Positions 7,330 through 11,568 of a stretch of 11,568 bases of DNA are shown here, piece after piece. The position numbers were made by a program, and so were the translations under genes. Positions within the stretch are counted from its first letter, which is position 1. Each line of letters begins with the position of its first letter. A model generated the notes under the pieces. The model was given only the letters and a program-made list of their open reading frames with translations, made no database searches and was not told the DNA's origin. Source of the stretch: Verrucomicrobiota bacterium (GTDB lineage: Bacteria; Verrucomicrobiota; Verrucomicrobiia; Limisphaerales; CANJSG01); the NCBI GenBank assembly GCA_038209745.1, contig JBBQXJ010000111.1, positions 1 to 11,568 on the forward strand, given 5' to 3'.

Positions 7330-8505
7330 TTACTTCTGCAATCCGCGGACGAAGCGGTCCATGCGCTCCAGGCCCTTCTCGATGTTGGCGAGGCCGGTGG
7401 CGTAGCTGATGCGGATGTAGTCGTCGGCCCCGAAGGCGATGCCGGGGACGGCGGCCACTTTTTCCTGCTCCAAAAGGCGGGCGCAGAAGTCGGCCGACTT
7501 AAGGCCGGTGGCGGAGATGTTCGGGAAGAGGTAGAAGGCGCCCTTGCTGTTCACGCAGGTGATGCCGGGGATGGCGTTGAGCATTTCCCAGGCGCGGGTG
7601 CGGCGCTTGGCGTATTCGGCCAGCCACTTGGGCAAGTGGGCCTGCGAACCGGTGAGGGCGGCGACGCCGCCCTTCTGCGCGAAGGAGCAGGGGTTGCTGG
7701 TGCTGTGGCTCTGGACGGCGTCGATGGCCTTGGCGATGGGTTCCGGCGCGGCGAGGAAGCCGAGGCGCCAACCGGTCATGCTCCACGCTTTGGCGAAGCC
7801 GTGGACGATGATGGTGTGGTCGTAATGGGCCTGGCTGAAGCTGGCGACGCTCTTCACCACGGCGCCGTCGTAGGTGAGCTGCTCGTAGATCTCGTCGCTC
7901 ATGATGAGGACGCCCTTTTCCACGCAGACATCGCCGAGAGCCTTCACTTCCTCGGGGGTATAGACGCTGCCGGTGGGGTTGCTCGGGGAATTGAGGATGA
8001 ACAGGCGCGTGTTCGGCGTGATGGCGGCGCGGAGCTGCTCCGGGGTCACCTTGAACTCGGTCTTGTCCGACGTCTCCAGGATCACGGGCTTGGCCCCGGC
8101 GAGCTTGGCCATCTCGGGATAGCTCAGCCAATAGGGAGCGGGGATGATGACTTCGTCGCCTTCCTGGCAGGTGGCGAGGATGACGTTGTAGCAGGAGTGC
8201 TTGCCGCCGTTGCTGACGATGATCTGGGACGGCTTGTAGGCCAGACCGTTCTCGCGTTGGAACTTGTCGGCGATGGCTTGGCGCAGCTCGGGAATGCCGG
8301 CGCTGGGGGTGTATTTGGTGAACCCATCGGCGAGGCCTTTGATCGCGGCCATCTTGATGTGGTCGGGCGTGTCGAAATCGGGCTCGCCCGCGCCGAAGCC
8401 CACGACGTCTTCGCCGGCGGCCTTCATCGCCTTCGCCTTGGAATCGATGGCGAGGGTGAGGGACGGGGACAACGAGGCCGCGCGCTGCGCGATGTGATAG
8501 TTCAT
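7330..8505 (-). CDS. aspC: Aspartate aminotransferase (PLP-dependent class I/II, subgroup Ib type), 391 aa
   Basis: Starts MNYHIAQRAASLSPSLTLAIDSKAKAMK. Motifs GAGEPDFDTP, TKYTPSAGIPELR, NSPSNPTG, SDEIYE, GFAKAWSMTGWRLG (PLP lysine) and IRISYA. Start set at ATG 8505 rather than 8568. Confidence 0.93.
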   Translation of the reverse strand: MNYHIAQRAASLSPSLTLAIDSKAKAMKAAGEDVVGFGAGEPDFDTPDHIKMAAIKGLADGFTKYTPSAGIPELRQAIADKFQRENGLAYKPSQIIVSNGGKHSCYNVILATCQEGDEVIIPAPYWLSYPEMAKLAGAKPVILETSDKTEFKVTPEQLRAAITPNTRLFILNSPSNPTGSVYTPEEVKALGDVCVEKGVLIMSDEIYEQLTYDGAVVKSVASFSQAHYDHTIIVHGFAKAWSMTGWRLGFLAAPEPIAKAIDAVQSHSTSNPCSFAQKGGVAALTGSQAHLPKWLAEYAKRRTRAWEMLNAIPGITCVNSKGAFYLFPNISATGLKSADFCARLLEQEKVAAVPGIAFGADDYIRISYATGLANIEKGLERMDRFVRGLQK

Positions 8506-8594
8506 AAAGCCGGGCAGGAATAACGGCCTCGCCCGGGAGGGGCAAGCGGGTTTTAGGCGGCAACACAACCGAGCGGCGGAGAAGGGGATCGGGG

Positions 8595-9047
8595 TTACGG
8601 ACGGACTTGGAGCGTGGAGACCACTTCCCGCACGCCGGGAACTCCCATCGCTTCCAGAATGGCGCCGTGGACCTGCTCCGAAGTCTTGGCGATGCCGGCG
8701 AGGGTGACCAATCCGGAGGTGGTGGAAACGGAGATGCCCAAGGCGGTGGAGGGATTTTTTTGGGCCAAACGGGCCTTGATCGTGGCGGTAATGCGGGCGT
8801 CCTCGGTCCCGGCGGCGACTTGGTGGCCGATTTCGACGGCTTGGCTGCGGAAGGCTTCGCCAGATTCGGCGAGCTGGACCCTTAGTTTCTCGGGTTCGAA
8901 AGAGCCCATCACGTTGCTGACGGTACCCGACACGGCGGAGTGGATTTCGTCGCGGACGACTTCCGTGGGGGACTTGCTGCCGGACAGGCGGACGGCCAGC
9001 CAGTAGCCGGCGCCGATGAGCACGAGGGCGAGGAGAAAAGTCCGCAT
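8595..9047 (-). CDS. Single BON-domain (OsmY-like) protein with an N-terminal membrane anchor or signal, 150 aa
   Basis: Hydrophobic N-terminus MRTFLLALVLIGAGYWLAV. C-terminal DARITATIKARL...ISVSTTSGLVTLAG...VPGVREVVSTLQV is a canonical BON pattern. Start set at ATG 9047. Confidence 0.88.
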   Translation of the reverse strand: MRTFLLALVLIGAGYWLAVRLSGSKSPTEVVRDEIHSAVSGTVSNVMGSFEPEKLRVQLAESGEAFRSQAVEIGHQVAAGTEDARITATIKARLAQKNPSTALGISVSTTSGLVTLAGIAKTSEQVHGAILEAMGVPGVREVVSTLQVRP

Positions 9048-9201
9048 CGCGAGAAAGTCTACGGTTGAACGCGAGGCTTGGCCAGCGCGGTGCCGGGTCG
9101 CTCCGAAACCGCGAGGCCCGTCTCGACGGAGCGGTTCGGCGAAGGTTCGCAATGGGCCGCCCGTGGGAGCGGGCCTGGAAACCGGGAGCTTTTGGAAAGG
9201 A

Positions 9202-9576
9202 TCAGGCGGCCAAGCCGATGTAGGAACCGATTTCGCCGATCAAACTCTCGGCCGTAAATGGCTTGGTGATGAACTTGATGGCGCCCAGCTGAATGGCTTT
9301 GTCGATGTTGTCCTTCCCGGCGTCGGCGCTGAGCATCATGACGGGGATGTCCTTGGTGGCGGGGTCGCCCTTCAGTTTCTCGAGGGCCTCGATTCCGCTG
9401 AGGACAGGCATGGTGGCGTCCATGAGGATGAAGTCGGGCTTTTCGGACAGGGCCTTCTCATAGCCTTCCTGGCCGTTCACTGCGGTGATGACGTCGATTC
9501 CGACGGGCTTGAGGGCACGGGAGACCACCATGTGGACCATGCGCGAATCGTCGATGCTGAGAACTTTTTTTGGCAT
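9202..9576 (-). CDS. Single-domain CheY-like response regulator, 124 aa
   Basis: MPKKVLSIDDS (acidic pair), FILMDATMP (phospho-Asp), MMLSA and FITKPF (conserved Lys). ATG 9576 lies 4 nt after the upstream cheX stop. Confidence 0.93.
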   Translation of the reverse strand: MPKKVLSIDDSRMVHMVVSRALKPVGIDVITAVNGQEGYEKALSEKPDFILMDATMPVLSGIEALEKLKGDPATKDIPVMMLSADAGKDNIDKAIQLGAIKFITKPFTAESLIGEIGSYIGLAA

Positions 9577-9580
9577 AGGA

Positions 9581-10057
9581 TTACTGGAGTTTTGCGAATA
9601 CCCAGACGCCGATTTCAGCGTCGAGATCCGGAATCCGGAAGACATTGTAGCTATGGACGGTGGCGTCCTTGGGCTCGAGGGAGATCTGTTCGCCCCGCAT
9701 GATCAGCGGGGTGGAGAGCCAGCCATTGTAGCCGAGTGCGGAGGTATGTTTCTTCATGGTGCCGGTGACCATGTTGGCGATCTCGCCGAGCACGTCCGCC
9801 ACTTCGGCGTCGTCAGCGGAGGCAGGGCGCATGCCGATGAGTCGCTCGGTGATGTCGCATGCGAGTTTGTCCCCGTGGTTCATGTAAAGGCCGCCGCTGA
9901 TCCTGCCCGCGAAGCCCACATTGCTGACCAGGCCGTTGATGCCAGTGGAAGAGGCGCCGTGCGACTCGTCGGTGCGGACATGTTCGACGGACAGGCCGAG
10001 CATGGTTCCATAGACCTCGGCAACTGCTTTTTGGGTGAATTCTGAAAGAAAGTGCAT
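9581..10057 (-). CDS. cheX: CheX-family chemotaxis phosphatase (copy 2), 158 aa
   Basis: VGFAGRISGGLYM, DVLGEIANMVTG (ExxN catalytic motif) and LSTPLIMRG. RBS AAGGAG just upstream. Confidence 0.88.
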   Translation of the reverse strand: MHFLSEFTQKAVAEVYGTMLGLSVEHVRTDESHGASSTGINGLVSNVGFAGRISGGLYMNHGDKLACDITERLIGMRPASADDAEVADVLGEIANMVTGTMKKHTSALGYNGWLSTPLIMRGEQISLEPKDATVHSYNVFRIPDLDAEIGVWVFAKLQ

Positions 10058-10060
10058 GTT

Positions 10061-10066
10061 CTCCTT
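10061..10066 (-). promoter_or_regulatory. Shine-Dalgarno sequence for cheX copy 2, overlapping the stop codon of cheX copy 1
   Basis: The minus strand reads TAAGGAGAACATG: the stop TAA, AAGGAG and the next ATG, consistent with translational coupling. The 3-nt spacer is short. Confidence 0.55.
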
Positions 10067-10544
10067 ATTCTATCTTGCCCAGCAAAATGACGTCCACTTC
10101 ACCTCCGAGCGCGGGCACTTTGAAGGACCTGCGAACGAGGAAAGTAAGGTTTTTGGCCGACACTTTCAGTGGTTGGCCACGAATGATGTTCGGGATGGTC
10201 ATCACGACCGTTATGCCGGCGTCGCACAGGCGTGATTTGCATCCGCCAGCGAGCATGTTGGCGATCTCGCCGACCACGTCGCAGATTTCCTTGGGTCCCA
10301 CTTCGCACAGTCCGCCGATGATGATGTGTGCCATCTTCTCGGCGATTTCCGGTGAAGTCGAAAAGAAGAGGTTGCCCGTCATCTTGCCGCCGAAGCCGAC
10401 CGATCCGTTGATGCCGTGCAGTTCGAGGCTGCCTGGCTTGCCCTCCTCGGCCGATACCGGCAAGGGTTCGATTATCTGGTTCAGCATCGTGGTAAAAACT
10501 CCACGTGTGACGTCGACTAAATATTGTTCAATCGCTTTGACCAT
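10065..10544 (-). CDS. cheX: CheX-family chemotaxis phosphatase (copy 1), 159 aa
   Basis: MVKAIEQYLVDVTRGVFTTML, GSVGFGGKMTGNLFF, DVVGEIANMLAGGCKSRL (ExxN) and MTIPNIIRG. Start set at ATG 10544. The longer 372-aa track ORF overlaps the opposite-strand gene. Confidence 0.9.
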   Translation of the reverse strand: MVKAIEQYLVDVTRGVFTTMLNQIIEPLPVSAEEGKPGSLELHGINGSVGFGGKMTGNLFFSTSPEIAEKMAHIIIGGLCEVGPKEICDVVGEIANMLAGGCKSRLCDAGITVVMTIPNIIRGQPLKVSAKNLTFLVRRSFKVPALGGEVDVILLGKIE

Positions 10545-10713
10545 ATTGGCATCCGTCGCTCGGGCCCGGGGCCGGGAAGGTGTTGATCCACGGTAGAAGC
10601 AATCGGCTCCGTCGTTTGGCGGCTTAAGCGGATTCCTCCTCCGCCGAAGAACGGGCATCGGCGAAGCCGTCGTCGGGGTTGCACCGCGGCGGTGGTCGGC
10701 GAAGTGTCGAGGG

Positions 10714-11568
10714 ATGCGCGCCTTTCGCCTCCACAAAACGGGATCTCCAGCCCGGCACTCCATCGACCTCGTCGTTCCGCCGACGCCGGATTCCGGCGAG
10801 GTCCTCGTTCGGGTGCGTGCCTGTGGCTTGAATCGGCTTGATCTGTGGACCGAACAGGGTGCGCTGCCGGTGACGAGCCCGCTGCCCTTGATCCAAGGCT
10901 GCGAGATCTCCGGCGAAGTGGCCGGCCTGGGACGGGACGTTTCCGGGTGGAAGCCGGGCGACCGGGTGGCGATCCAATCGAATCTCTTCTGTGGGGTCTG
11001 TGAATTCTGTCTGGCCGGCCAGGAGTCGCTGTGCCTGGCGAGCCGGATGCTCGGAGTGCAGTGCGATGGAGGATTGGCGGAGTTCGTCGCGGTGCCCGGG
11101 TCGGCGCTGGTGCGGTTGCCGGACGCCGTGGGCTTCGAGGCTTCGGCCGCCGTCACGCTGGCGGCGAGCACGGCGATGCACATGTTGACGGATCGGAGCC
11201 GAGTGTCGGCTGGTCAGTGGGTCTTGGTGATGGGGGCCGCCAGCGGGGTCGGATCCGCGGCGATCCAGATTGCCATGGCCCTGGGCGGTCGGGTCATCAC
11301 GACCGGGTCCTCGGAACAGAAACGACAACTCGGCCTGGCGCTGGGGGCGGAGCACGCGGTCGATTCCGGCGACGCCCAATGGCCGGCGCAGGTGCGGCGA
11401 TTGACCGGCAAACGCGGCGTGGACCTGGTGGTGGAACACATCGGAGGGGCGGTGTTGGCCCGGTGTTTCCACTGTCTGGCCCGGGGTGGAACCATCGTCA
11501 CCTGCGGCGCGACAGCCGGCCAAACTGTGCCGCTCGATCTCTGGCCGATCTTCGTGAAACAGCAGCGG
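10714..11568 (+). CDS. MDR-superfamily zinc-binding alcohol dehydrogenase / quinone-oxidoreductase-like protein (3' end outside the window)
   Basis: ATG 10714 follows GAGGG and the frame is open to the window end (285 codons). GEVLVRVRACGLNRLDLW, QGCEISGEV, GWKPGDRV, structural-Zn CGVCEFC...C, Rossmann VLVMGAASGVGSAAIQIA and GVDLVVEHIGG. Missing from the ORF track because no stop lies in the window. Confidence 0.93.
   Translation, partial: MRAFRLHKTGSPARHSIDLVVPPTPDSGEVLVRVRACGLNRLDLWTEQGALPVTSPLPLIQGCEISGEVAGLGRDVSGWKPGDRVAIQSNLFCGVCEFCLAGQESLCLASRMLGVQCDGGLAEFVAVPGSALVRLPDAVGFEASAAVTLAASTAMHMLTDRSRVSAGQWVLVMGAASGVGSAAIQIAMALGGRVITTGSSEQKRQLGLALGAEHAVDSGDAQWPAQVRRLTGKRGVDLVVEHIGGAVLARCFHCLARGGTIVTCGATAGQTVPLDLWPIFVKQQR

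Noticed and set aside
5255..8566. Long overlapping ORFs 5255-6397 (-), 6892-8523 (+) and 7499-8566 (-)
   Set aside because: These are alternative-frame or antisense shadows of the GH42-like and aspC genes caused by GC3 bias.
10545..11523. N-terminal extension of the 372-aa ORF (10065-11183) and the ORF at 10624-11523 (-)
   Set aside because: Both overlap the clear plus-strand MDR gene, and CheX similarity begins only at ATG 10544.
1..11568. CRISPR array, tRNA, rRNA or riboswitch
   Set aside because: I saw no regularly spaced repeats or recognisable structured-RNA signatures. The intergenic gaps are short. A covariance-model search (Infernal/Rfam) was not run.

Overview
This is a GC-rich bacterial window. 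The gene families suggest the PVC superphylum, probably Verrucomicrobia (inference). The left end (1-480) is a decayed defence-island edge that the ORF track misses. It holds the 3' end and right inverted repeat of an ISL3-family IS, inserted into a twice-frameshifted zeta-toxin-like (COG4185-type) ATPase gene, followed by a 22-codon remnant of a type I restriction subunit (hsdR). Next is a 1147-aa secreted protein with FlgD-Ig, NHL-propeller and CBM9-like domains (- strand). At about 4404 two apparently 5'-truncated genes meet head to head: an unknown ORF and a PVC-type HEAT + cytochrome c pseudogene with internal deletions. An intact secreted GH42-like glycoside hydrolase follows (+ strand). 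The right half is more ordinary: aspartate aminotransferase, a BON-domain protein, a compact cheX-cheX-cheY-like operon with no kinase or receptor in the window, and a divergent MDR-family Zn-binding oxidoreductase that runs off the window end. I see no RNA genes or CRISPR array. The best candidates for under-described biology are the tandem-CheX/receiver module and the two secreted putative glycan-active proteins. All family assignments come from motif recognition by eye, not database searches.
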